A DNA stretch of 64,000 nucleotides, taken from the IMG/VR virus record IMGVR_UViG_3300042474_001006; one strand, 5' to 3'. The notes under the pieces are model-generated. The model had not been told where the DNA came from. It did no database searches and saw nothing but the letters and a program-made list of their open reading frames with translations. Shown here one piece after another: positions 39,401 through 48,107 of the stretch (within the stretch, counting starts at the first letter, position 1; each line of letters opens with the position of its first letter). The position numbers and the translations under genes are program-made. The stretch comes from an uncultured virus (IMG/VR IMGVR_UViG_3300042474_001006). Lineage: Duplodnaviria > Heunggongvirae > Uroviricota > Caudoviricetes.

Positions 39401-39693
39401 TTGATTTAATTAATAAAGATTCCGATGATGCTTTTGTTAAATACTTGTATGCAAAATCCTACCCTATTGACGAAAATCAGAGGTTTGTGATAAGCTATAC
39501 ACCATATAAAACAAAAGCTGGCAAGACTATGGCTCACCTTGTTATGTCAGATAAAGATAAGAATTTAAATAGAGCAATTGTATTTTCAAGCATGTATCCA
39601 CTTTCGTTGGCAAAGATGCGAGAAGGAATGGTATGCGAGCCAGTTCTAAAAACTTTAGAAGATGGAACACTTATGGTTAAGGAAGTAAAATGA
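36424..39693 (+). CDS. dnaE: DNA polymerase III alpha subunit
   Basis: HLHVHS PHP domain, GPGRGSAAGSL, PDIDTDF, KLDALGL and YSFNRSHA. Confidence 0.97.
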   Translation: MNFTHLHVHSFYSLMDGLNSPAELVKAAKEAGQTSLAITDHGTLSSHREMQIACKEQGIKPILGVEAYISPTDRFDRSSKTDKSIQAYNHIILLAKNKKGLENINTLQELAWTEGFYHKPRIDREVLNDYAEGIIVLSGCLNGLISKAIEKGEFSEAKMVLKDFQKTFGKDFYVEVQSHNPEEINSKLLEFADELGIKAVATGDAHFAKEEDRVLEEAMLILSTSPKSDKDADFEMSRQMPDMLDRFNYLYPDRRISFQDYNLFIQSRSEIEADFNKAGITRTDIYDNTMEIADKIEEYDFYEGLDLLPIPKTNADKKLSDMALEGLKRLSLDKDQVYLDRIAEELSIIKDKAFASYFLVVADMITWAKSNNIMVGPGRGSAAGSLVCYALGITDVDPIKYDLLFFRFINPERNDFPDIDTDFEDRRRKEVKDYLKKKFKHVASISTFTYFKDKGVIRDAARVFMVPLSDVNRAMKSIDTFEDFMDSPNTKEFRAKYPEVTWLAERLRGKIRSVGVHAAGVVVAKDDLRKYAPIESRADANDEVSGRIPVVAYDMDTVADIGLIKLDALGLKTLSVISDTLKSIKNRTGKDINLYDIALDDENVYKIFNDGYTKGVFQAEATPYTNLLIKMRVDKFEDLAASNALVRPGAMNTVGASYIKRKHGNEAVNYIHPIMKPFTENTYGVIIYQEQVMQACVHLGGMTWSEADKVRKVIGKKQDAKELSPFKDKFIQGAKKHISAEEADNLWKTFEAHAGYSFNRSHAVAYSMLSYYTAWLKCYYPLEFLFSILKNEGDKDARTGYLIEAKRLGIKVKLPHVNESDVNFSLQKDSIRFGLAEIKFISDSIANKIIEKRPYENYKDFVDKASKKGSGINSRAIASLNSIGGAAFDDNPRSGKEAESYYEFLGIPSFNLSNLDPKIKAQARPIDEFEELGSFVMFGMAKSIKRGNGWSRIELVDESGSVGLFDIEQTKIETNKMYFVLVGDNRISRYVEVDLINKDSDDAFVKYLYAKSYPIDENQRFVISYTPYKTKAGKTMAHLVMSDKDKNLNRAIVFSSMYPLSLAKMREGMVCEPVLKTLEDGTLMVKEVK

Positions 39694-39914
39694 CATATAA
39701 CGCAGAAGATGTATTTAAGACAATGAATGCCTCTAGAGTTTTAGTGGCTATATTAAGTAAAATAGGCTCTGTTGAAATATCAACTGAAGATTTTATGAAG
39801 ACAACAAGTGATGATATGCAGCTTTCGGTTACATATAATGACGAAGGCCTATCTTTTGAGTTTAAGCTAGAGCCACTAGGAGTTAAATCTGACTACGAAT
39901 TGGCTAACGATTAA
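39690..39914 (+). CDS. Hypothetical protein
   Basis: Operonic ORF. Confidence 0.65.
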   Translation: MTYNAEDVFKTMNASRVLVAILSKIGSVEISTEDFMKTTSDDMQLSVTYNDEGLSFEFKLEPLGVKSDYELAND

Positions 39915-39918
39915 TTAA

Positions 39919-40923
39919 ATGGACATGAACCTAGATGATATTTTAGCAAAACTTGACCCCAAGACTAGAGCAAGAGTACAGTCTGCAGTTGATATCCAAG
40001 TAGACAGGCAGCCAACACCAAGCATCGGACTGACCTTTGCTTTAAATGGAGGCTTTGCTTATGGCCGACAAATATTAGTTTGGGGAAATAAGTCAGCAGG
40101 AAAATCTTCGTTCTGTCTACAAATGATTGCACTTGCACAAAAAGAAGGAAAGACTTGTGCTTGGATTGATGCAGAGCATTCTTATGATCCAGAGTGGGCA
40201 GAAAAACTTGGAGTTAACTCAAAAGAATTAATATACTCTCCAGCTAAAACTGTTAATGACATGGTGGATGTTGCAACAAAGCTCATGGAGGCTGGTGTAG
40301 ATCTAATTGTAGTTGATTCAATCTCAGCACTTCTTCCAGCCATATACTTTGAAAAAGACGGAAATGAAATGAAAGATTTGCAAGACACAAAGCAAATTGG
40401 CGCTGAAGCTAAGGACATGACCCACGCAGTCAAAATGTTAAATTATGCAAACAAAAATACGCTACTCGTTCTTATATCGCAGCAAAGAAATCAGTTTGGA
40501 TCTATGCATGCCAGCCACATCCCAACAGGAGGAATGGCTGTTAAGTTCTTCTCCTCTACCGTTATCAAGCTCTGGTCTTCAGAAGCTGAGGCTAATGCTA
40601 TTAAAGCAGGTGTTAAGGTTGGCGACAAGATTATTGAACAAAGAGTTGGAAGGCCCGTTAACTGGATTGTTGATTATAACAAACTCGGTCCCCCTAACCT
40701 CTCTGGCCAATACGACTTCTACTATCAAGGAGAGTCACTTGGCATAGATCTTGTCGGAGAAACTCTTGACGTTGCAGAAATGTGCGGGATAATAGAAAAA
40801 GGTGGAGCATGGTATACAGTAAATGGAGAACGTTTTCAAGGACGTGCAAAGGCTGTAGCGTATTTAAAGGAAAATCCAGATGTTGTAGACAAATTAATAG
40901 GAGAAATAAATGCCAAATCTTAA
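39919..40923 (+). CDS. recA: RecA/UvsX-like recombinase
   Basis: GNKSAGKS, WIDAEH, IVVDSI, TGGMAVKF and KGGAWY. Confidence 0.95.
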   Translation: MDMNLDDILAKLDPKTRARVQSAVDIQVDRQPTPSIGLTFALNGGFAYGRQILVWGNKSAGKSSFCLQMIALAQKEGKTCAWIDAEHSYDPEWAEKLGVNSKELIYSPAKTVNDMVDVATKLMEAGVDLIVVDSISALLPAIYFEKDGNEMKDLQDTKQIGAEAKDMTHAVKMLNYANKNTLLVLISQQRNQFGSMHASHIPTGGMAVKFFSSTVIKLWSSEAEANAIKAGVKVGDKIIEQRVGRPVNWIVDYNKLGPPNLSGQYDFYYQGESLGIDLVGETLDVAEMCGIIEKGGAWYTVNGERFQGRAKAVAYLKENPDVVDKLIGEINAKS

Positions 40924-41101
40924 TGAATTTTTTGCTTCTAAACCTAAAGATGTTCAAGATCAAAGGGTTGAGAAAATAGAACAAGAAAGACCATGTAGTA
41001 AATGCGAGTTGTCAGCTCCATTTTATAATTTTAATCAAGCTACATTAGAAATGTATTGGACATGCTCTAATGGACATGAAACAAAGCATAAGCTTAATTA
41101 A
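40910..41101 (+). CDS. Zn-ribbon protein
   Basis: CSKC...WTCSNGH. Confidence 0.6.
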   Translation: MPNLNEFFASKPKDVQDQRVEKIEQERPCSKCELSAPFYNFNQATLEMYWTCSNGHETKHKLN

Positions 41102-41409
41102 TGTCGGAGAGAGCAGAAGTAAAAAGAGATGGCGCCAAGGCACAAAAAAATAGTGGTCGCGGTGAATATCAAAAAGGTGATGCTAAATGGAGAAATTTTG
41201 TAGTAGACTACAAAGAGGCCAAAGCATCATTTACTTTAAACAAAGATGTATGGGCTAAAATCTGTACAGATACTTTTAAGGTAAGCAGGGACATGCATCC
41301 TGCTCTTAAAATTATTATAGGAGGGGATTCCAAGGTCCGTCTTGGAATCATAGAGTGGTCAGTCTTAGAAGAACTGATTACATTTTGGGAGGAAAATAAA
41401 AATGGCTAA
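41101..41409 (+). CDS. Holliday junction resolvase (Hjc-like PD-(D/E)xK)
   Basis: E...NSGRG..KGDA...VDYK. Confidence 0.7.
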   Translation: MSERAEVKRDGAKAQKNSGRGEYQKGDAKWRNFVVDYKEAKASFTLNKDVWAKICTDTFKVSRDMHPALKIIIGGDSKVRLGIIEWSVLEELITFWEENKNG

Positions 41410-41794
41410 TCCAATTATTACAATCGTAGGCAGAGTTGGCAGCGAACCAGAAACTGTAGGATCTAATGGTCTTCGTTTTAGAGTTGCAACAAATGATCGT
41501 GTTAAGAATGATACTACTGGTGAGTGGGAAGATAAGAATACCTCTTGGTGGACAGTCAAGGCTTGGCGCACACTTGCAGAGCAGTCAAAACAGGTAATTA
41601 AAAAGGGCATGGAAGTTATTATTGTAGGAAAGATTTATGAAGAAAGCTGGACTGATAAAGAAGGCATTAAGCGCACCTCATATGAGATTAATGCTGATTC
41701 TATTTCCGTAACAGCATACACATTATCTAAGGATAAGGCTCCAACCAACAGCGATTTCCCTTCATATAAAACATATGCCGAGGTTCCATTCTAA
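41402..41794 (+). CDS. ssb: Bacterial-type single-stranded DNA-binding protein
   Basis: ITIVGRVGSEPE, FRVATNDR, KKGMEVIIVG, C-terminal EVPF. Confidence 0.9.
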   Translation: MANPIITIVGRVGSEPETVGSNGLRFRVATNDRVKNDTTGEWEDKNTSWWTVKAWRTLAEQSKQVIKKGMEVIIVGKIYEESWTDKEGIKRTSYEINADSISVTAYTLSKDKAPTNSDFPSYKTYAEVPF

Positions 41795-41898
41795 TGATAT
41801 ACTTTATTTATGGAGCCTTACTTGGCTTTGTTATTGGGTATGGAGTAGGTTTATTGATGGATAAGTGGGATAAAAAGATTAAAAATGACAGAGGATAA
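41794..41898 (+). CDS. 34-aa single-TM microprotein (not in ORF track)
   Basis: MIYFIYGALLGFVIGYGVGLLMDKWDKKIKNDRG; overlaps both neighbours. Confidence 0.6.
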   Translation: MIYFIYGALLGFVIGYGVGLLMDKWDKKIKNDRG

Positions 41899-42223
41899 AA
41901 ACACATTAGAGTTAATTAACTCTATAACTGAGTTCAATGATCTGCATGAGTATATGAATGATGCTCAGCTAGACAGAGCATTGGCTGTTATTGTAAAGCT
42001 TTTGTTAAACCCAGATGTGCCTGCCGCTAAAGCCCCACAGCTCATTATTGAGCTACAGGCAATGTCAACCAAGTTTGCCATGATGGCTTCTTACTATTCA
42101 ACAATAGCAAAAGATAAAGCGGGAACTATGAATAATAATAAAAAGAATATTTATTATTCAGCAAAGGAGTCCATAGACAAACTTGTAGATGCACTTAAGT
42201 ATGTCGTTAGGTATAATTTGTAA
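41885..42223 (+). CDS. Hypothetical helical protein
   Basis: Operonic ORF before the Cas4-like gene. Confidence 0.65.
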   Translation: MTEDKNTLELINSITEFNDLHEYMNDAQLDRALAVIVKLLLNPDVPAAKAPQLIIELQAMSTKFAMMASYYSTIAKDKAGTMNNNKKNIYYSAKESIDKLVDALKYVVRYNL

Positions 42224-43011
42224 TGGGTAGAAACATAGTTAAAAATTTAAAGTTTAAAAAGCACACTGGTAAGTTTTTTGATCCAGAGCTTTTTGCATCA
42301 ATGCTTGATGAGTCATATAAAAATACTAAAAGAGCGGATGGAGAAATGACCAAGAAATCTTTTAGCCCAAGCTCTTTGGGTTATGGTCATGGAACATGCC
42401 CAAGGTATTGGTATATGGCTTTTTCTGGCGCAGTCTTTATTGACAATAATGATGCTGTTGCAGTCGCTAACATGGCTCAGGGTACCCAGGCCCACGAGAG
42501 ACTTCAGAACTTAATTAAAACTATGCCTCAATGGGTTGCAGAAGAAGAAGAGATCGTTAACGAGTACCCACCAATTCGTGGATTTATTGATCTAATTATG
42601 GAATATGATAACGAGACAGTAATAGGTGAGATAAAAACTGCAAAGCAAGAGGTATGGGATGCTAGGCAGGCAGAAATGAGTCCTTCACCTAACCACTTGC
42701 TTCAGATATTAACCTATATGAAGCTAAAAAATGCCAAAGAGGGATTTTTTCTTTATGAAAATAAAAATACTCAAGAGATATTAATAATTCCAGTATCAAT
42801 GAACGAGAGAAATACAAAGATTATTGAAGATACTTTCCTTTGGATGAGAGAAGTATGGGATAACTTTAAAGACGGTGACCTACCAATGAAGCCAGAAGGT
42901 GCAACAAAAACTAAGATGCCATGCACATACTGCCCAATTAAAAAGGAATGCTATTCAAAAGATACTCCTACTGGAACTGTTCAAATAGAAAGATTTAAGG
43001 TTCCTTCATAA
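42223..43011 (+). CDS. Cas4-like PD-(D/E)xK exonuclease
   Basis: CPR, GTQAHE, GFIDL, EIKT, QILTY and CTYCPIKKEC. Confidence 0.88.
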   Translation: MGRNIVKNLKFKKHTGKFFDPELFASMLDESYKNTKRADGEMTKKSFSPSSLGYGHGTCPRYWYMAFSGAVFIDNNDAVAVANMAQGTQAHERLQNLIKTMPQWVAEEEEIVNEYPPIRGFIDLIMEYDNETVIGEIKTAKQEVWDARQAEMSPSPNHLLQILTYMKLKNAKEGFFLYENKNTQEILIIPVSMNERNTKIIEDTFLWMREVWDNFKDGDLPMKPEGATKTKMPCTYCPIKKECYSKDTPTGTVQIERFKVPS

Positions 43012-43304
43012 TGATATGTGCTAATCCAGATTGTACAAATGGCAAAGAGTTTACTCCAAAAACTCATAATCAGAAATATTGTGGAGATGATTGTTGTAGG
43101 ATTGCAACCAATAAAAAGATTATGGAAAAGTACTATGAAAAAAAAGCAATTAGATCGGGACAAAAAAGATACTGCAAGTCATGCAAAGCATCTTTAAGTA
43201 GGTATAACACCTTAGACATATGCTCTAAGTGTGAAAAAGATAATTCTAAATCTGATAGGGATAAGATATTGAGGATGATAAGTGACGCTGGCGAAGCTTT
43301 CTAG
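43011..43304 (+). CDS. Cys-rich Zn-binding protein
   Basis: Four Cys pairs; F.PK..NQKYC..C motif. Confidence 0.7.
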   Translation: MICANPDCTNGKEFTPKTHNQKYCGDDCCRIATNKKIMEKYYEKKAIRSGQKRYCKSCKASLSRYNTLDICSKCEKDNSKSDRDKILRMISDAGEAF

Positions 43305-43848
43305 AACCAAAGCAAGTAGAGTCCTTGGTATAGATGCATCAACATCTTCTGTAGCTTTCTGCCTTATTGAAGGGGATAAACCAGTAAAGTGGGGAAAAAT
43401 TAATCTTGTAGGAAATGACATATATGAGAAGATATATAATGCTAAAAATAGAGTTGCCATGATGCTAGATGAATTAAAGAGTGATTATATTGCAATTGAG
43501 GGGGCTATACTTGTCAGATCTCCAGATGCTGTGATAAAATTATCATATGTTTATGGCGTTGTTATTGCTGAGCTTATGTCTACGGGCGCTTCAGTTATTA
43601 CTATATCTCCCAGCTCTTGGCAGTCGTATATTGGGAACAAGAACCCGACTAAAGAAGAGAAGGCGGCAATACGCTTAGCTAATCCAGGATACGCAGATTC
43701 ATGGTATAAAAACCAATTAAGAAATATGCGTAAGCAAAGAACGGCAGATTACTTTAACAAAAAGCATGGTCTATCTATAGAAGATTTTGATGTAGCTGAT
43801 GCATTCGGCATCGCCTATTACGCTAGAGAGGTTCTAACAAATAAATGA
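43282..43848 (+). CDS. RuvC-like Holliday junction resolvase
   Basis: VLGIDAS, IAIE and DVADAFGIA. Confidence 0.85.
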   Translation: MTLAKLSRTKASRVLGIDASTSSVAFCLIEGDKPVKWGKINLVGNDIYEKIYNAKNRVAMMLDELKSDYIAIEGAILVRSPDAVIKLSYVYGVVIAELMSTGASVITISPSSWQSYIGNKNPTKEEKAAIRLANPGYADSWYKNQLRNMRKQRTADYFNKKHGLSIEDFDVADAFGIAYYAREVLTNK

Positions 43849-44435
43849 CACAGGTATTTAACGAAATAAGCGCACAGGAAGAATTCGTTCTAGAGCTTCT
43901 TGAGAATAAAAAAGGTGGGCATTACGTTGAGCTAGGAGCGTTCCATTCAAAAAATGGAAGCAACACAAATAAATTAGAGAATGAATTTGATTGGAAGGGC
44001 GTCTCCTTTGAAATAAAAGAAGACTTAAGGAAAGAGTTTAATGATAATAGATCTAATCCTTGCATGGGAGATGCTCTAGACTTTAACTACATTTCTTACT
44101 TTGAAGAAAATTTATTTCCAAAACAAATAGATTATTTACAGGTTGACATAGATTCTGGATATAAGCCAGATGGAAGGCCAGACGGAAGTGCCTACACAAG
44201 CTTGCATGGCCTGCTGGCTGTTCCATTAAATTCATATAGGTTTACAGTTATAACATTTGAACACGACGCTAATATGTATTGGAGAAATATTGGAATGAGA
44301 GATGTTCAGAGAGAGATACTAGACTCGCTTGGGTACTCGCTTGTTGTTAGAACAGAGTCAGAAGATTGGTGGGTGGACCCAAGCGTTATCGATTTAGCAT
44401 CATATCGAAAGCATTTTAAATGGGATCATCTGTGA
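43845..44435 (+). CDS. FkbM-family SAM-dependent methyltransferase-like protein
   Basis: YVELGA...SNT..LE..FDWKG, IDYLQVDID, ITFEHD and EDWWV. Confidence 0.75.
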   Translation: MTQVFNEISAQEEFVLELLENKKGGHYVELGAFHSKNGSNTNKLENEFDWKGVSFEIKEDLRKEFNDNRSNPCMGDALDFNYISYFEENLFPKQIDYLQVDIDSGYKPDGRPDGSAYTSLHGLLAVPLNSYRFTVITFEHDANMYWRNIGMRDVQREILDSLGYSLVVRTESEDWWVDPSVIDLASYRKHFKWDHL

Positions 44436-44572
44436 AAATGTATAAGAATAAAGATTGGCTTCATAGAAGGTACGTTGTTCAAAAAAAGAGCATGGAAGAA
44501 ATTGCACATGAATGTGGCGTAACGGTTATGACCATATACAGAGCATTAAAAGAAAAGGGATTAATAAAATGA
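44432..44572 (+). CDS. Small HTH protein (not in ORF track)
   Basis: YKNKDWLHRRYVVQKKSMEEIAHECGVTVMTIYRALKEKGL; GTGA and ATGA overlaps. Confidence 0.75.
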   Translation: MKMYKNKDWLHRRYVVQKKSMEEIAHECGVTVMTIYRALKEKGLIK

Positions 44573-44910
44573 ATCCAACACCAGTTTTTGAAGATTCAAA
44601 ACAATTTAAATATGATGACCTATATTTGCTTACAGTTGGAACTGAAGCTGGTCATGAAATTTTAACAACCTGCCTTGATATTGCTCAGATGCTCATTAAG
44701 AAAAATATTTCATATGGGAATTCAGCCTTAGATCCAGTTCGTATATTTTCCAAGGCGGGTCCAAGAGAGCAGTTATACGTTAGAATTGATGATAAATTAA
44801 ATAGACTTATTAAGGGTAAGGAATACCCAGGAGATAATGATATTGATGATCTTATTGGCTACCTTATATTATTAAAGGTTGCTAAGGAATTTGCTATTTC
44901 AGTCGACTAG
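44569..44910 (+). CDS. DUF1599/Nmad1-like (MazG-like, nucleotide-modification-associated) protein
   Basis: KKNISYGNS, RIDDKLNRL and DDLIGYLIL. Confidence 0.7.
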   Translation: MNPTPVFEDSKQFKYDDLYLLTVGTEAGHEILTTCLDIAQMLIKKNISYGNSALDPVRIFSKAGPREQLYVRIDDKLNRLIKGKEYPGDNDIDDLIGYLILLKVAKEFAISVD

Positions 44911-44927
44911 AAGTATAATAAAGTCAT

Positions 44928-45464
44928 ATGGAAATCGAATTAGCTGATCATTTTGATCGCATGAACAAAGTAGTTGAAGAACTACTTAGAGGAAACAACC
45001 CTACCCAAATTGCCACCCTGACAGGCCTTAAGAGGGCAGATGTTATTGGTTTGATAGATGAGTGGAAGAGCGTCGTACACAACGACACATCAGCCCGTGA
45101 ACGTGCTAAGGAGGCTATCTCTGGAGCAGACCAGCACTATGCAATGCTTATCAAAGAAGCTTGGAAGACAGTTGAAGATGCAGATCAGGCTGGCCAGCTT
45201 AGTGTTAAATCTGGAGCGCTAAAACTAATTGCTGATATTGAAGGAAAAAGAATTGGCATGCTGCAGGAAGTCGGTCTATTAGATAACGCTGAAATGGCAG
45301 GACAAATAGCAGAGGCGGAAAGAAAGCAAGAAGTCTTAGTTAAGATTCTAAAAGAAGTAACTGCAACTTGCCCTAAGTGTAAAATGGAAGTGGCCAAGCG
45401 TCTATCACAAATTACTGGAATTGTTGAGCCTATAGAGATTATTGAGGAAGTCAGTGGAATTTAA
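44928..45464 (+). CDS. Terminase small subunit (putative, N-terminal HTH)
   Basis: HTH (TQIATLTGL) plus helical body; directly upstream of TerL. Confidence 0.6.
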   Translation: MEIELADHFDRMNKVVEELLRGNNPTQIATLTGLKRADVIGLIDEWKSVVHNDTSARERAKEAISGADQHYAMLIKEAWKTVEDADQAGQLSVKSGALKLIADIEGKRIGMLQEVGLLDNAEMAGQIAEAERKQEVLVKILKEVTATCPKCKMEVAKRLSQITGIVEPIEIIEEVSGI

Positions 45465-47244
45465 TTTTGATGACCTCATTGATATACTTGACGGAGAAGA
45501 GTTTGAAGAAAGACCTGTCGATTTAAGAACGTTCGTAACAGATAAAAACTATCTAGGTCTTCCTGAGTTATCTGAGAATCAATATACTCTTATAGAAAAA
45601 TCCTCTCAGATATATAAAGAGTCAACTTTGATTAAGCTATTCGGAGAAAAAGAAGGATCATTAAGATATAGGCAGACATGCAATGAGGTTGTTGCTCAAT
45701 TGGGTAAGGGTAGCGGAAAAGATTATTGCTCAACTATATCTGTAGCCTATATAGTATATTTACTATTGTGCCTTAAAGACCCAGCATCTTATTATGGCAA
45801 GCCTCCAGGTGACTCAATTGATATTATTAACATAGCTATTAACGCTCAGCAAGCAAACAATGTATTTTTTAAAGGATTTAAAAATAGAGTAACACATTCA
45901 CCGTGGTTCATAGGAAAGTACTTTGAAAAAGCTTCAGAAATAAAATTTGATAAGAATGTTACTGTTTATTCTGGACACTCAGAAAGAGAAGCGTTTGAAG
46001 GTTATAACGTTCTTGTAGCGGTCCTTGATGAGATTTCAGGCTTTGCTCTAGACAGTACAAGCGGTCACGATCAAGCAAAGACTGCAAGTGGTATATATGA
46101 CATGTACAGGGCCTCTGTAGATTCTCGCTTTCCAGATTACGGAAAGGTAATCCTTCTTTCGTTCCCACGCTTTAAGAATGATTACATTCAGCAAAGGTAT
46201 GATGAAATTATTTCAGAAAAAGAAGTTATATCGAGATCGCATAGATTTAAATTAGATCAAGACCTTCCAGAGAATACAGTAGGAAACGAGTTTGATATAT
46301 TTTGGGATGAAGATCACATTGTATCTTATAAGTATCCAAGAGTTTATGCAATACGTAGGCCAACATGGGAAGTTAATCCAACAAGAAGCATAGAAGATTT
46401 TAAAATTGCATTTTATAGAGACGTAACAGATGCCCTAGGAAGATTTGCTTGCATGCCACCAGAAGCAATTGATGCATTTTTTAAGTCTCGTGAAAAAATT
46501 GAGATGGCGTTTAACGATCTATCAATAGCTGTAGATGGGTTCGGAAGATTTGAAGAATGGTTCCTTCCAGAAGAAGACAAGGATTACTACATACATGTTG
46601 ACTTAGCTCAAAAGCATGACCATTGTGCTGTATCTATGGCCCATATTGAAAAATTTGTTAGCGTAAAAGTTACAGACACTTACTCTCAACCAGCCCCAAT
46701 TGTTAAGGTGGATGCTGTAATGTACTGGACACCCACATCGGATAAGTCAGTAGACTTTGCCGAAGTTAGAGACTATATTTTATCTTTAAGATCCAGAGGG
46801 TTTAACATTAGAATATGCACATTTGACAGATGGAACTCTCATGATATGATGCAGCAGCTTAAGCAGTATGGAATAAATACCGAAACACTATCTGTAGCTA
46901 AAAAACATTACGATGATATGGCTATGGTTGTTTTAGAAGAAAGACTAAAAGGACCACACATACCATTACTCGTAGATGAATTGTTAGAGTTAAGAATTAT
47001 GCGTGATAAGGTTGATCACCCCAGAAAAGGTTCTAAGGACTTAGCTGACGCAGTTTGCGGGTCTATATATAATGCAATTAGTTTAACCAGGTCGGCATTT
47101 GGAGACATAGAAGTTCATGATTATTCATCTGTTAAGAAACAGTATAGAGAATCTATTGCAGCAGATGCCCCTAATTTAATTAGAGCACCCTCTCAAATGC
47201 CAAGAGATCTTTCTGATGCACTAAGTGGAATGGAAATAGTATGA
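45454..47244 (+). CDS. Terminase large subunit
   Basis: GKGSGKD Walker A, VLDE Walker B, HVDLA, TFDRW and DHP..GSKDLADA nuclease motifs. Confidence 0.92.
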   Translation: MEFNFDDLIDILDGEEFEERPVDLRTFVTDKNYLGLPELSENQYTLIEKSSQIYKESTLIKLFGEKEGSLRYRQTCNEVVAQLGKGSGKDYCSTISVAYIVYLLLCLKDPASYYGKPPGDSIDIINIAINAQQANNVFFKGFKNRVTHSPWFIGKYFEKASEIKFDKNVTVYSGHSEREAFEGYNVLVAVLDEISGFALDSTSGHDQAKTASGIYDMYRASVDSRFPDYGKVILLSFPRFKNDYIQQRYDEIISEKEVISRSHRFKLDQDLPENTVGNEFDIFWDEDHIVSYKYPRVYAIRRPTWEVNPTRSIEDFKIAFYRDVTDALGRFACMPPEAIDAFFKSREKIEMAFNDLSIAVDGFGRFEEWFLPEEDKDYYIHVDLAQKHDHCAVSMAHIEKFVSVKVTDTYSQPAPIVKVDAVMYWTPTSDKSVDFAEVRDYILSLRSRGFNIRICTFDRWNSHDMMQQLKQYGINTETLSVAKKHYDDMAMVVLEERLKGPHIPLLVDELLELRIMRDKVDHPRKGSKDLADAVCGSIYNAISLTRSAFGDIEVHDYSSVKKQYRESIAADAPNLIRAPSQMPRDLSDALSGMEIV

Positions 47245-47489
47245 GTATATATCAAGAAAAAGCTAAAGAGTGTAAGTGTTGCAGTAAGCATGTGCCTCTT
47301 CCAACAAGATTAAAAGAATATGGTGGAGTTCTGGTTTGCCCAACAACATTCGACAACATTCATGAGTATAAAAGAGTATGGTCTGATATTGGTCACAGGC
47401 CACCAGGAAGTATTAGAAAACATTTTTCAGAGTATGTTCAGCAAATAGTTGAGCAATCTATTGACAAAACTGATAGTAAAATACTATAA
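47241..47489 (+). CDS. Hypothetical Cys-containing protein
   Basis: CKCC...CPT; ATGA overlap with TerL. Confidence 0.6.
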   Translation: MSIYQEKAKECKCCSKHVPLPTRLKEYGGVLVCPTTFDNIHEYKRVWSDIGHRPPGSIRKHFSEYVQQIVEQSIDKTDSKIL

Positions 47490-47490
47490 T
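47461..47490 (+). promoter_or_regulatory. Promoter for tRNA(CAT)
   Basis: TTGACA-18 bp-TATAAT. Confidence 0.75.
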
Positions 47491-47498
47491 TCAACTAG

Positions 47499-47572
47499 GC
47501 AACAATAGCTTAGTTGGTTAAAGCCCCGAACTCATAATTCGGTAATCGTAGGTTCAAGTCCTACTTGTTGCA
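47499..47572 (+). tRNA. tRNA with CAT anticodon (elongator Met or Ile2)
   Basis: Cloverleaf: gcaacaa/ttgttgc acceptor, ccgaa-ctCATaa-ttcgg, gtagg-ttcaagt-cctac; no encoded CCA. Confidence 0.92.
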
Positions 47573-47585
47573 CAGAGAGGTAGTA

Positions 47586-47924
47586 ATGTCAAAACCATTT
47601 GATGAAGAAGACGAAGAAGAACTAATGATTAAAGTTCAGCACTATATAGATATTGGTGCAATAAAAATTGTTGGATTTTCAAAAGACGGCGAAGCAATAT
47701 TCGAGCTAAATGAAAATGTAACTCCTTTGCTTGCCCCAGATTTATGGGAAGCCCATGAGCAATACATAGAGTCAGAGCTAATAGACCTATTAAACAATGA
47801 TTTAATGCAGGTTGAGTATGACGAAGATCTTCGGGCTACATATAACTTTACAAAAGAGGGATATGATATCGCAAAAGAAAAAGGTATCATTCCATTGGAA
47901 ACCCTTGAGGAATATGATTTTTAA
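47586..47924 (+). CDS. Acidic hypothetical protein
   Basis: GAGG SD then ATG 47586. Confidence 0.7.
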   Translation: MSKPFDEEDEEELMIKVQHYIDIGAIKIVGFSKDGEAIFELNENVTPLLAPDLWEAHEQYIESELIDLLNNDLMQVEYDEDLRATYNFTKEGYDIAKEKGIIPLETLEEYDF

Positions 47925-47941
47925 TAGTATAATTTAATTTT

Positions 47942-48013
47942 ACCTCTGTAGCTCAGAGGAAGAGCAACAGACTTCTAATCTGTTGGTCGCTGGTTCGATT
48001 CCAGCCAGGGGTA
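47942..48013 (+). tRNA. tRNA-Arg(TCT)
   Basis: acctctg/caggggt acceptor, acaga-ctTCTaa-tctgt, gctgg-ttcgatt-ccagc. Confidence 0.93.
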
Positions 48014-48017
48014 CGAT

Positions 48018-48090
48018 GTTCCTATAGCTCAGCTGGTAGAGCAGCAGACTTTTAATCTGCGGGTCGATGGTTCGAGACCATCTGGGGACA
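48018..48090 (+). tRNA. tRNA-Lys(TTT)
   Basis: gttccta/tggggac acceptor, gcaga-ctTTTaa-tctgc, gatgg-ttcgaga-ccatc. Confidence 0.93.
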
Positions 48091-48107
48091 CAAGATTCGG
48101 AGGCACT

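Noticed and set aside
42223..43011. Cas4-like gene as evidence of a CRISPR-Cas system
   Set aside because: Stand-alone phage exonuclease in a recombination operon; no other cas genes or array
33210..47244. Inteins or introns in helicase, DnaE, RecA or terminase
   Set aside because: Lengths are normal, motifs are contiguous, and no splice-junction or homing endonuclease motifs are seen
47565..47585. ORF-track start at 47565
   Set aside because: Overlaps the tRNA 3' end; ATG 47586 has an SD
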